Position numbers and translations under genes: made by a program. From the NCBI GenBank assembly GCA_001512665.1, contig LFSF01000038.1:1859-65858 (forward strand): a stretch of DNA of 64,000 nucleotides, written 5' to 3'. Each line of letters starts with the position of its first letter. Position 1 is the stretch's first letter. Source of the stretch: Clostridiales bacterium DTU073. Lineage in GTDB: Bacteria; Bacillota; Peptococcia; DRI-13; DTU073. This document shows positions 1 through 8,852 of the stretch, piece after piece. The notes beneath the pieces were generated by a model. That model saw nothing but the letters and a program-made list of their open reading frames with translations, ran no database searches and was not told the origin of the DNA.

Positions 1-2
1 GC

Positions 3-842
3 ATATTTGCCGGTAGTGGGGTAGGGAAAAGTACACTTTTAGGGATGATTGCCAGAAACAGCAGTGCTGATTTTAATGTTATTGCCTTAATTGGCGAACG
101 GGGAAGAGAAGTGCGCGAATTCCTGGAAAATGAGCTGGCTCAAGGACTTGAAAAGTCAGTAGTGGTGGTTGCATCATCCGATCAGCCGGCTATTCTCAGG
201 ATTAAAGCAGCTTTTTTGGCTACTACAATCGCTGAATATTTTCGGGATCAAGGTGCCAATGTTGTTTTGATGATGGACTCCGTAACCAGATTTGCTATGG
301 CTCAAAGGGAAATAGGGTTGGCTGTGGGTGAACCTCCTGCTACAAAAGGTTATACTCCTTCCGTTTTTGCTTTATTGCCACGACTTTTGGAACGGGCCGG
401 AACTTCTGAAAAAGGGAGTATTACAGGACTTTATACGGTTTTGGTGGATGGCGATGATATGAATGAACCAATAGCTGATACCACCAGAGGAATTTTAGAC
501 GGACATATTGTACTTTCAAGGCAATTGGCGGCACTAGGACATTTTCCCGCTATAGATATTCTTAACAGTATTAGTCGTGTGATGGTTAACATTGCAGATG
601 CCGGTCATCTCCAGGCAGCCTCTAAAATAAAAGAATTAATGGCGATTTATACAGAAGCTAAAGATTTAATTGATGTAGGTGCTTATCAAAAAGGAAATAA
701 TCCTAAAATTGATTTAGCGATAAAATTTATTGATAAAATAAATGAGTTTTTAAAACAGAATATTAATGAATATTGCCCTTATGAACAGACAGAAGAATTA
801 CTTAAGGAACTTTATCATGAAATTATGGAAATGGGTAGATAG
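3..842 (+). CDS. fliI: Flagellum-specific ATPase FliI, C-terminal part (5' end upstream of window)
   Basis: Frame is open from base 3. nt 3-50 read IFAGSGVGKSTLLGMI (Walker A). F1/FliI-type core VLMMDSVTRFAMAQREIGLA is present. fliJ follows. Confidence 0.95.
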   Translation: MFAGSGVGKSTLLGMIARNSSADFNVIALIGERGREVREFLENELAQGLEKSVVVVASSDQPAILRIKAAFLATTIAEYFRDQGANVVLMMDSVTRFAMAQREIGLAVGEPPATKGYTPSVFALLPRLLERAGTSEKGSITGLYTVLVDGDDMNEPIADTTRGILDGHIVLSRQLAALGHFPAIDILNSISRVMVNIADAGHLQAASKIKELMAIYTEAKDLIDVGAYQKGNNPKIDLAIKFIDKINEFLKQNINEYCPYEQTEELLKELYHEIMEMGR

Positions 843-844
843 CG

Positions 845-1276
845 ATGTTTAAGTTCCGTTTAGCCAACGTTTTACGTTTGCGGAAGCATCATGAAAAATT
901 GAGTTTGGAGCAAGTAGGAAAATGCCTACAACAACTTCAAGAGGCTGTACAAAAAAAAGAAGAGTTAGAAGCTAAAATAGCTAAATTAGAAAGTGATTTT
1001 TCTGCTGTTTTAGAAGGTGCCATTTCTTCTGAAATAGTTAAATTATATAATAACTATCTTGTCCATCAGCAGGAAGCTTTAGAGTTGCAAGAACAACTAA
1101 TTTTAGAAAAAAAGAAGAATTTAGAAGAAGCTCGAGAAAAATTTATTCAAGCAATGAAAGAAAGAAAGATTATGGATAAATTAAAAGAGAAACAGTATAT
1201 TCGCTATCAACAAGAACAGGGAAAAAAAGAGCAAAATTTTCAGGACGAATTGGCAGTAACTTCAAAAAGAAGGTAA
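845..1276 (+). CDS. fliJ: Flagellar export protein FliJ
   Basis: 143-aa K/E/Q-rich coiled-coil protein starting 3 nt after the fliI stop. Size, composition and position are typical of FliJ. Confidence 0.8.
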   Translation: MFKFRLANVLRLRKHHEKLSLEQVGKCLQQLQEAVQKKEELEAKIAKLESDFSAVLEGAISSEIVKLYNNYLVHQQEALELQEQLILEKKKNLEEAREKFIQAMKERKIMDKLKEKQYIRYQQEQGKKEQNFQDELAVTSKRR

Positions 1277-1285
1277 TGTGATCAT

Positions 1286-1840
1286 ATGAAAAAAACGATG
1301 ATGATTTTTATAATTGTTCTTTTTATAATTTTTAGCGCAGGTCTTTTTGCTGCTCATCAGACAGGTTTTATTAATTTAAATCCTCTTTTTGCGCAAATAC
1401 CAGGGATGGATAGTTTTGTTGTTGAAAAGCCGGAAAATATTAATGAGTCAGGGAAAATCTTGATATCCCCCATAGAGAAAGAAAATGAAGAGTTAAGGAA
1501 GGAAAAAAGGGATTTGGAGTTTAAGATTACTACTTTAGAAGGGGAAAAAACTAAATTATTAGAACAGCTAACAGAGTTGCAGACTGAATTAACGCAGTTA
1601 AAGATAGAGTTAAAGCAACAAAAGAAGGCAGTTTTAAACGCGGAAGAATTAGCTGCTTATTATCAAGAAATGAAGCCTGCTGCTGTTGTTAAGATCATGG
1701 ATAATTTGGATGATGAGGTGGTTGTTACAATCTTACCTCTTTTGGAGGACAAGCAAACTGCTGAAATTATCGCCTTAATGGATCCGTTAAGGGCGGCAAC
1801 AATCACGCAATTATTGTTGGACAAAGAAATCCAGCAATAA
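1286..1840 (+). CDS. Flagellar operon protein with N-terminal TM helix, coiled coil and MgtE-N-like C-terminal domain (slot of B. subtilis ylxF)
   Basis: Hydrophobic N-terminus MMIFIIVLFIIFSAGLF and a heptad-rich middle. C-terminal MKPAAVVKIMDNLDDEVVVTILPLLEDKQTAEIIALMDP resembles the MgtE intracellular N domain. Lies between fliJ and fliK. Confidence 0.65.
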   Translation: MKKTMMIFIIVLFIIFSAGLFAAHQTGFINLNPLFAQIPGMDSFVVEKPENINESGKILISPIEKENEELRKEKRDLEFKITTLEGEKTKLLEQLTELQTELTQLKIELKQQKKAVLNAEELAAYYQEMKPAAVVKIMDNLDDEVVVTILPLLEDKQTAEIIALMDPLRAATITQLLLDKEIQQ

Positions 1841-1878
1841 TTATAAAAAATGTAAATCAGGAAAGGAGGTGTGTAAGT

Positions 1879-3042
1879 ATGGAAAGTATTAGCTCTGTAT
1901 TGTACCAGGAGAAAATGCTTATTGCACAAGGTCAAGGTCAAGGGACTAACCCCAAAGTTGAAGATGAAGGGTTTGCGGCAATGTTAGCTATGTTGTTAGG
2001 GTTAGTAAATCCTTCGGGGAATGAATTATTGCAAACTTGTTTGACCACAGAAACGGTTGGCGATGGACTGTCTCAGCAGTTGAATCCGGAGAAAAACTCT
2101 GTTATCAATTTAATGACAACAATTAATCCTGAGTTTCAAAGCAAACAGCAAACTGCTGGGGATGCTGTTTTGTTTAATAACCAAATGTCTAATCCTGCTT
2201 TAGAAAACTCCGGCATTCATAGCAGTGATGAAAACTTTTTACAACTGTCAAGTGTCACGGATGAATTAGTGCTTTTGCAACAAATTACAGAAGATAATGG
2301 CGCTAAGACTAAAAATTCTTCAGAAAATCTCTTTGCAGAACAACTTGTTGTTTTACCTGATAGTCTAGCTAAGGAGAGATTCTCTAAAGAGGGAAATATG
2401 ACTAATCTCACTAATTTTAATGAACAAAGCAAGTATTCGGGAAACGGTGAAGAAATTAACAATATACACGAAGGGATAATTGAACAGAATAATCAGGTCC
2501 TAACTCGGGAAGAACTGTTAGCTAAAGCTTTTGTGGTTAATGAAAAAGGGTATGCTGAAAACTTCGTCAAAGATTTTACGGTTAAAGCTGAACAATTACC
2601 ACAAGAATTACCAGAACTAGTTATGTGGAAGTTAAAAACGTTTGAACACAAGGATGGTAGCAAGGATATAGTTATTCATTTAGAACCGAAAGAGTTAGGA
2701 AAACTAGTTGTGAAGTTAAGCTCACAGGAAGGAATTGTTTCGGTAAAGTTTATGGCTAATTATCCCGTAACTAGAGACTTATTAGAAAGCAGTCTCAATA
2801 ATTTGCGTCAGTCGTTTAGCGAGCAAGGTATTGCTTTTGACCGACTGGATGTAGAATTAGGCGGGCAGCAGTTAAATCAAAGTCAATCTCAACAACAGCA
2901 GCAGCAGTGGGACGAAAGATTAGGGAAGGCAAATACAACAATGTCGAGTGGTACAGATGCAGAAGGCTATTATGAAAACTTTGAACCAGAAAAAGAACAG
3001 CATGTATTGTTAAAGACGGGAACATATGATTATCTTGTTTAA
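1879..3042 (+). CDS. fliK: Flagellar hook-length control protein FliK
   Basis: Q/N/S-rich 387 aa with a C-terminal Flg_hook-like segment IVIHLEPKELGKLVVKLSSQEGIVSVKF and a poly-Q run. RBS GGAGG. Position is before flgD. Confidence 0.85.
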   Translation: MESISSVLYQEKMLIAQGQGQGTNPKVEDEGFAAMLAMLLGLVNPSGNELLQTCLTTETVGDGLSQQLNPEKNSVINLMTTINPEFQSKQQTAGDAVLFNNQMSNPALENSGIHSSDENFLQLSSVTDELVLLQQITEDNGAKTKNSSENLFAEQLVVLPDSLAKERFSKEGNMTNLTNFNEQSKYSGNGEEINNIHEGIIEQNNQVLTREELLAKAFVVNEKGYAENFVKDFTVKAEQLPQELPELVMWKLKTFEHKDGSKDIVIHLEPKELGKLVVKLSSQEGIVSVKFMANYPVTRDLLESSLNNLRQSFSEQGIAFDRLDVELGGQQLNQSQSQQQQQQWDERLGKANTTMSSGTDAEGYYENFEPEKEQHVLLKTGTYDYLV

Positions 3043-3062
3043 GAAAAGGAGGTGGATAAAGA

Positions 3063-3536
3063 ATGATGCCGGTAGGTGCGGTAAGTAATAGTAATTATTG
3101 GGTAAATAATGATACAACAGCTAATAATTCCTTGGATAAGAATGCTTTTCTTAAACTGTTGATTACTGAATTACGTTATCAAGATGTTATGAACCCGATG
3201 AATGATCGAGAGTTTTTGTCTCAAATGGCACAGATGTCCTCATTAGAACAAATGCAAAACTTGAATAAAACTGTTGAGGAAGGATTTTTAGCCATGGCTC
3301 AATCAAGAAGCAATCTGGAAGAGGGCATATTTACAGTTCTGGATGTAATGCTTAATCAAAGCTATTTTAATAATTTTAATCAAAGTATGAATCTTCTAGG
3401 GCGTGAAATAACTTATCTTAGCGGAGAACAGGAAATTGAAGGAACGGTAACCGCTCTTAAACAAGTAAATGGTTGTTTTCTGGCAGTAGTCAATGGTGAA
3501 GAAGTAGCTTTAAATCAAATTACCTTAGTAAAGTAG
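3063..3536 (+). CDS. flgD: Flagellar hook assembly/capping protein FlgD
   Basis: LDKNAFLKLLITELRYQDVMNPM and FLSQMAQMSSLEQ motifs typical of FlgD. Lies upstream of flgE. Confidence 0.9.
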   Translation: MMPVGAVSNSNYWVNNDTTANNSLDKNAFLKLLITELRYQDVMNPMNDREFLSQMAQMSSLEQMQNLNKTVEEGFLAMAQSRSNLEEGIFTVLDVMLNQSYFNNFNQSMNLLGREITYLSGEQEIEGTVTALKQVNGCFLAVVNGEEVALNQITLVK

Positions 3537-3935
3537 GTGATAACTTTGGTAGATAAACCCTTTTTTCTTCCTCAACCGATACAACCTGTTGATTACGAAA
3601 AATCCAGAAAAACTACAGTTCCGAACACTGTCGATAAAGATTTGTTTAACCAAGTATTGCAAAAAGAAATAGACAGTACAGGACAACTAAAATTCTCACG
3701 GCATGCTCAGGAAAGGATAAACTCCAGACAGATTAATTTAGACCAAAACCATCTTTTAAGGTTAAAAGAAGCAGTAGAAAAAGCACAAACAAAAGGAGCC
3801 AGAGAGTCTTTAGTTTTGCTGGACGACCTAGCCTTTGTGGTTAGTATTAAAAACAAAACAGTGATTACTGCTGTTGATGGTGATAGTAGAAGAGGAAATG
3901 TTTTCACGAATATCGATAGTGCGATTATTAATTAA
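3537..3935 (+). CDS. Small conserved flagellar operon protein of unknown function (TIGR02530-like); start codon uncertain (GTG 3537 or TTG 3546)
   Basis: 132 aa. The FSRHAQERINSRQI ... LAFVVSIKNKTVITAVD pattern is one I recognise from the small protein found between flgD and flgE in Firmicutes. Confidence 0.6.
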   Translation: MITLVDKPFFLPQPIQPVDYEKSRKTTVPNTVDKDLFNQVLQKEIDSTGQLKFSRHAQERINSRQINLDQNHLLRLKEAVEKAQTKGARESLVLLDDLAFVVSIKNKTVITAVDGDSRRGNVFTNIDSAIIN

Positions 3936-4037
3936 GATAAACTATTATTATGAGGCTGGACCTCTTGTAGGAAGCCTCCACTGGGGAACGACAGAACCTA
4001 GTTAGAAAAAGGAATACATTAAAGGAGGTCATGAGCT

Positions 4038-5474
4038 ATGATGCGCTCATTGTATGCTGGTGTTTCTGGTTTAAAAAATCATCAAACCCGGATGGACGTA
4101 ATTGGTAATAACATTGCAAATGTGAATACCATCGGTTTTAAAAAAAGTCGTGTTGTTTTTCAGGATATGTTTAGTCAGACCCTTAAAAATGCTACAGCAC
4201 CGTCTCAAAACAAAGCAGGGACAAACCCTCATCAAGTTGGTTTGGGAATGTCCTTAGCGTCTATTGATGTTATTCATACCCCGGGGAGTTTTCAATCTAC
4301 CGGTAAAAATACCGACCTTTCAATTGAAGGGGATGGGTACTTTATGGTATCAGATGGTGAAAAAACATACTATACCAGAGCAGGTAATTTTGATTTAGAT
4401 GTTAACTATACTTTTTTCCATGGTGGTACCGGATTGGTAGCTAAAGGAATTTTAGCCGATGCTTCTGGTAAGATTGATCCTACCGCGTTGATTCAAGATA
4501 TTCATTTAGAACAGTATGTTTCTACGCCTGCACGTGCTACTACCAAGATTGACTTTGCTAAAAATATAGACTCTAGGGTGGCACCACAGGTGGAAACGCT
4601 TACTTCCGCTATCCATCATGATCAGCTTACTCCTACAGAAGTTAGTTTGAATGATATTCCCTTTAGTAATGTAACTGTAATTGATAGTAATGGTGTTCAG
4701 TTAGTTGAAAATGCTGCTGACGGATATAGTATTAATTATGCTACCGGTGAGTTAACAATTGCGGCAGGAGCAGCTACGGAAGACTATACCATTAGTTATA
4801 ACAAACCCAATTATACTCTAAGTGTCTTGGCCTATGACTCGAAAGGTGATACTCATACGGTTAATGTACATCTTGCGAAGATAGACCATAATAAATGGAC
4901 TGTTAATACTACTGTAGACAATACTTTCGTTTCTTATGGACAAGGGATGCTGGAGTTTGATCCTGTTACCGGTGATTTAATTAATTCAACTGTGACGAAT
5001 ACAATACAAACTATAGATGGTGCAGCAGATTTAGATTTTTCCTATGATTTTTCCAATGTTAAAGAATATGCCGGTGATTTTACCATAACTTTTACGGGAC
5101 AAGATGGTTTTACAGCAGGTTATTTGGAAGAGGTTAGTGTTGATAGTAGAGGTATCCTTAATGGCAGTTATTCCAATGGGGAAAGAAGGCAATTAGCCCA
5201 GTTGACTATTGCTACATTTGCTAATCCGGCAGGTTTAACGAAGGTAGGAAATAATTTATACACTGTTTCCAATAATTCAGGACTACCGGATGAAGGGGTA
5301 CCTGGAGTTTCCGGTCGTGGGATGATCAATCCGGAAACATTAGAGATGTCCAATGTAGACCTATCTCAAGAATTTGTAGATATGATTATCACACAACGTG
5401 GGTTTCAAGCTAATTCCAGGATAATCACTACATCAGATAAAATACTCGAAGAACTTGTAAATTTACATAGATAA
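4038..5474 (+). CDS. flgE: Flagellar hook protein FlgE
   Basis: N-terminus MMRSLYAGVSGLKNHQTRMDVIGNNIANVNTIGFK and C-terminus LEMSNVDLSQEFVDMIITQRGFQANSR are rod/hook signatures. RBS AAAGGAGG. Confidence 0.97.
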   Translation: MMRSLYAGVSGLKNHQTRMDVIGNNIANVNTIGFKKSRVVFQDMFSQTLKNATAPSQNKAGTNPHQVGLGMSLASIDVIHTPGSFQSTGKNTDLSIEGDGYFMVSDGEKTYYTRAGNFDLDVNYTFFHGGTGLVAKGILADASGKIDPTALIQDIHLEQYVSTPARATTKIDFAKNIDSRVAPQVETLTSAIHHDQLTPTEVSLNDIPFSNVTVIDSNGVQLVENAADGYSINYATGELTIAAGAATEDYTISYNKPNYTLSVLAYDSKGDTHTVNVHLAKIDHNKWTVNTTVDNTFVSYGQGMLEFDPVTGDLINSTVTNTIQTIDGAADLDFSYDFSNVKEYAGDFTITFTGQDGFTAGYLEEVSVDSRGILNGSYSNGERRQLAQLTIATFANPAGLTKVGNNLYTVSNNSGLPDEGVPGVSGRGMINPETLEMSNVDLSQEFVDMIITQRGFQANSRIITTSDKILEELVNLHR

Positions 5475-5483
5475 TAAATAAAA

Positions 5484-5520
5484 ACAGCCCCCATCTCCGT
5501 GGGGGATGGGGACTGTTTTT
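5484..5520 (+). terminator. Intrinsic terminator/attenuator hairpin directly after flgE, inside the fla/che operon
   Basis: ACAGCCCCCATC..GATGGGGACTGT forms a ~13-bp G+C-rich stem (one mismatch, one bulge) followed by TTTTT. It starts 10 nt after the flgE stop. Confidence 0.7.
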
Positions 5521-5539
5521 AGAGAGAAGGGTCGAAGAA

Positions 5540-5788
5540 ATGATTAAATTAACAAAGCTTAATGATGTCCTGTTTGTTCTTAATGCAGATTTAATTGAAA
5601 CAATTGAAGCTACTCCGGATACGATCATTACTTTACTTAACGGTAAAAAGTTTGTGGTCAAAGAATCTATTGAAGAAATAGTAGAAAAAGCGATCACATA
5701 TCAACAAAGGATTTCCAGGGGTATAACTGTTCTTGAGAATATTGAGGTCTTAGAGAATGTTGAGACTTCAGAGAATGTTGAGGAGTAG
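5540..5788 (+). CDS. flbD: Flagellar protein FlbD
   Basis: MIKLTKLNDVLFVLNADLIETIEATPDTIITLLNGKKFVVKES is the typical FlbD sequence. It sits immediately upstream of motA, as in Clostridia and spirochaetes. Confidence 0.9.
   Translation: MIKLTKLNDVLFVLNADLIETIEATPDTIITLLNGKKFVVKESIEEIVEKAITYQQRISRGITVLENIEVLENVETSENVEE
5735..5788 (+). repeat. 3 x 18-nt tandem repeat forming the FlbD C-terminal tail
   Basis: GAGAATATTGAGGTCTTA / GAGAATGTTGAGACTTCA / GAGAATGTTGAGGAGTAG encode ENIEVL-ENVETS-ENVEE-stop. Confidence 0.85.
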
Positions 5789-5817
5789 TTCTCATTAATT
5801 ATGGGGAAGGTTGTAGA

Positions 5818-6615
5818 TTGATTATGGACCGTTCAACAGTTATCGGAATTATTTCAGGTTTTTTGGTTATAGCTATAGGAATATCAATTGAAGGACCTTT
5901 GAGTACTTTTTGGAGTTTAGCATCTATATTAATCGTTCTTGGTGGTACGATCTGTTCTACTTTAGTAAAATTCTCCTTAGAACAGGTTTATGGGGTTAAG
6001 AAGATTGTGAAGATTGTTTTTCTGGATGTTTCCCAAGAACCCCTTGAGGTAATATCAAAGATGGTTGATTTAGCAGCCAAAGCTAGGAGAGAAGGACTTT
6101 TAGCTTTAGACAATGCTCTTGAAGATACACAGGATGAATTTTTAAAAAAGGGAATACAATTGATAGTCGATGGTACAGATCCGGATCTAGTACGCAGTAT
6201 CATGGAAACAGACATAGTGATAACAGAAGAACGTCATAAAATTGGGATAGATATTTTCAGTACTATGGGTGCGTTGGCTCCGGCTTATGGGATGATAGGG
6301 ACATTAATTGGTTTAATTTTGATGTTAAGAGATTTAAATAACCCGGATGCTTTAGGTCCGGGAATGGCAGTAGCTTTAATTACTACGTTTTATGGTGCTC
6401 TTCTAGCGAATTTAATTTTTAACCCGATTGCAGGTAAATTGAAAAACAAAAGTAACGAGGAGTCGCTAGTTAAAGAAATTATTATTGAAGGTATCCTTTC
6501 GATACAAGCTGGAGAAAATCCGCGTATTGTCGCTGAAAAAATGAAATCATATCTGCACCCAAAGCAAAAAGAATTGTTAGAGGAAAGAAGAAAAAGAGGG
6601 TATAACTATGGTTAA
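5818..6615 (+). CDS. motA: Flagellar stator protein MotA (alternative ATG start 5824)
   Basis: Four TM segments. C-terminal PGMAVALITTFYGALLANLIFNPIAGKL is the MotA/TolQ/ExbB channel signature. Confidence 0.93.
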   Translation: MIMDRSTVIGIISGFLVIAIGISIEGPLSTFWSLASILIVLGGTICSTLVKFSLEQVYGVKKIVKIVFLDVSQEPLEVISKMVDLAAKARREGLLALDNALEDTQDEFLKKGIQLIVDGTDPDLVRSIMETDIVITEERHKIGIDIFSTMGALAPAYGMIGTLIGLILMLRDLNNPDALGPGMAVALITTFYGALLANLIFNPIAGKLKNKSNEESLVKEIIIEGILSIQAGENPRIVAEKMKSYLHPKQKELLEERRKRGYNYG

Positions 6616-7381
6616 TAGGCGCAGAAGAAAAAGCGATACTGATACCAACAATGCGAACGATTGGTTACTTACCTATTCAGATATGGTTACTTTGTGTTTA
6701 ACTTTTTTCGTCTTACTTTATTCCTTTTCAACAATTGATGCAGTAAAATGGAAGTCTATAGTAAGTTCAATACAAGGAGCTTTAGGTGTTTTACCCGGTA
6801 GTGTGAATCCAACTATTGCGGAAGAAGGGCAGTTTGATGGTGATAAATTAGAACAAGATAGCTTCAATCAATATTTAGCCTATATGGAAGAAACCAAAAG
6901 ACTTGAAAGTATTCAGGGAAGGCTTAACGAGTATCTACTAGAAAATGACATCAGTGAAAATATCTCCACTAGTATAGAGGAGCGAGGTATAATTATTCGT
7001 TTTCAGGATTCCATTCTTTTTCCGAAAGGCTCTGCGGAGTTATATCCGGAATCATACGATATCTTAGCTGGCTTATCCACGATCTTTAAGGAATTAGAGA
7101 ATCATTTGAGAATTGAAGGACATACAGATGATTTACCGATTCATACAGAACGTTTTCCTTCTAATTGGGAATTATCAACAACCAGAGCTACTAATGTTTT
7201 AAAGTTTCTTATCAGTCAAGGTTTAGCAGGAGAAAAATTATCAGCTGTAGGATATGGAGAGTTTCGACCAATTGTTGTTAATGATAGTGAGGAAAATCGC
7301 AAAAAAAATCGGCGTGTAGATATAGTTCTTCTAAGAGAAAGTTTAATAATAGGTGAACCACAAGGGAAAGGAGGCATTTAA
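6608..7381 (+). CDS. motB: Flagellar stator protein MotB (OmpA-like peptidoglycan-binding domain)
   Basis: N-terminal WLLTYSDMVTLCLTFF (conserved Asp plug/TM). C-terminal RIEGHTDDLP...NWELSTTRATNV...NRRVDIVL OmpA-like motif. Overlaps the motA stop. Confidence 0.93.
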   Translation: MVNRRRRKSDTDTNNANDWLLTYSDMVTLCLTFFVLLYSFSTIDAVKWKSIVSSIQGALGVLPGSVNPTIAEEGQFDGDKLEQDSFNQYLAYMEETKRLESIQGRLNEYLLENDISENISTSIEERGIIIRFQDSILFPKGSAELYPESYDILAGLSTIFKELENHLRIEGHTDDLPIHTERFPSNWELSTTRATNVLKFLISQGLAGEKLSAVGYGEFRPIVVNDSEENRKKNRRVDIVLLRESLIIGEPQGKGGI

Positions 7382-7825
7382 ATGAGTGAGGTCACTAATG
7401 AAAACAAGCCCAGTCAATTTTTAGTTGGTATGTTAGTAGTTTTATTGCTGGTGATGTTCAGTTCAGGTTTCTTTATTTACAAACTTGTTTTGGCCAATCC
7501 TACTAACACTGAGAAACAAGTAACTCAGGTTGGCCCAATATATGAAACCGAGGAATTTATAGTGAACCTATCCGGCTCTGTGAATCATTATATTAAAGCA
7601 AAATTCGCTTTAGAGTTATCAGATAAAAAAGTTATTGATGAATTAGGAACAAAATTACCTTTGTTAAAAGATACGGTGATTATGATTCTGGCCAATAAGA
7701 CAGCAGATGATTTAGATGCACAAGGAAAAGAAGATTTAAAGCTTGAATTAATAGAGGAAATTAATAAATTCCTGGATCAGGGCAAAGTAATCAAAATACA
7801 TTATTTAGCTATTCTCTTAACCTAA
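7382..7825 (+). CDS. fliL: Flagellar basal-body-associated protein FliL
   Basis: 147 aa with a single N-terminal TM helix. IYETEEFIVNL...YIKAKFALEL pattern. Position is before fliM. Confidence 0.85.
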   Translation: MSEVTNENKPSQFLVGMLVVLLLVMFSSGFFIYKLVLANPTNTEKQVTQVGPIYETEEFIVNLSGSVNHYIKAKFALELSDKKVIDELGTKLPLLKDTVIMILANKTADDLDAQGKEDLKLELIEEINKFLDQGKVIKIHYLAILLT

Positions 7826-7868
7826 AAATTCACAGTATAAATTTGCCTCTTGGAGGTGGTAAAAGCTA

Positions 7869-8852
7869 ATGGATGAAATTTTGTCACAACATGAAATAGA
7901 TTCATTACTTTCAGCTATGAGTTCTGGCGAAGTAAAAATAGAAGTTAAACAAGAGGTAGATGGTCGTAATATAAAAAATTATGATTTTCGCCGTCCGAAC
8001 AAATTTTCTAAAGACCAACTTAATACTATTGAACTTATTTATGATGATTTTTGTCGTTCCTTTAGTACTTTGCTTTCAGGATTGCTTAGAACTAAGGTAG
8101 ATGCTAAATTAGGTTCAGTAACACAGTGTACTTATGAAGATTTTCTTCAAAAGATACCTAATCCGACTATTTTGAATGTTTTTAGTCTTGCGCCGTTAGA
8201 AGGAAAAGGTCTTATGGAAATGAATCCGGTTATCGCCTTTAGTATTATTGATCGACTCTTTGGGGGTCCGGGTTTAAGTACTTTTGATGGCCGACCAATC
8301 ACTGAAATAGAGAAAAATGTTATTCAAAGGATTTCAGAAAAGGTTTTGTTATTATTTAAAGATGCTTGGAAAATTTGTTATGATATTAATCCGTATTTAG
8401 AGGTTATAGAGATAAACCCTCAACTTGCTCAGGTTGTTTCACCATTGGAAATGGTAATAATTATTACAATTAGTATTAAAATTGGTGAAACCGAGGATTT
8501 TATGAATGTTTGTTTGCCTTGCCTAATGCTTGAACCTATAGCTGATAAATTAAATACTAGGTTTTGGTTTGCCGGAACATCTGCTTCATCTGCAAAGGAT
8601 TATAGTCAGTATTTACAGCGGGTTGTAGAAACAACAGATATACCACTAACTGTTGTATTAGGAAATAATACGATAAAGATCAGGGATTTATTAGAACTGC
8701 AAGCAGGTGATGTAATACCTTTAGACAAGCCTAAAGATGCTGATGCAGAATTATATTTAGGTTCAAAATTAAAATTTTATGGTCAAGTAGGTCAAATGGG
8801 AAACAAATTAGCATTCAAAATTAATAAAGCATGTAATGAAGGGAGTGATTAA
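7869..8852 (+). CDS. fliM: Flagellar motor switch protein FliM
   Basis: N-terminal LSQHEIDSLLSA CheY-P docking peptide, a CheC-like middle domain and a C-terminal SpoA-like domain. Confidence 0.95.
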   Translation: MDEILSQHEIDSLLSAMSSGEVKIEVKQEVDGRNIKNYDFRRPNKFSKDQLNTIELIYDDFCRSFSTLLSGLLRTKVDAKLGSVTQCTYEDFLQKIPNPTILNVFSLAPLEGKGLMEMNPVIAFSIIDRLFGGPGLSTFDGRPITEIEKNVIQRISEKVLLLFKDAWKICYDINPYLEVIEINPQLAQVVSPLEMVIIITISIKIGETEDFMNVCLPCLMLEPIADKLNTRFWFAGTSASSAKDYSQYLQRVVETTDIPLTVVLGNNTIKIRDLLELQAGDVIPLDKPKDADAELYLGSKLKFYGQVGQMGNKLAFKINKACNEGSD

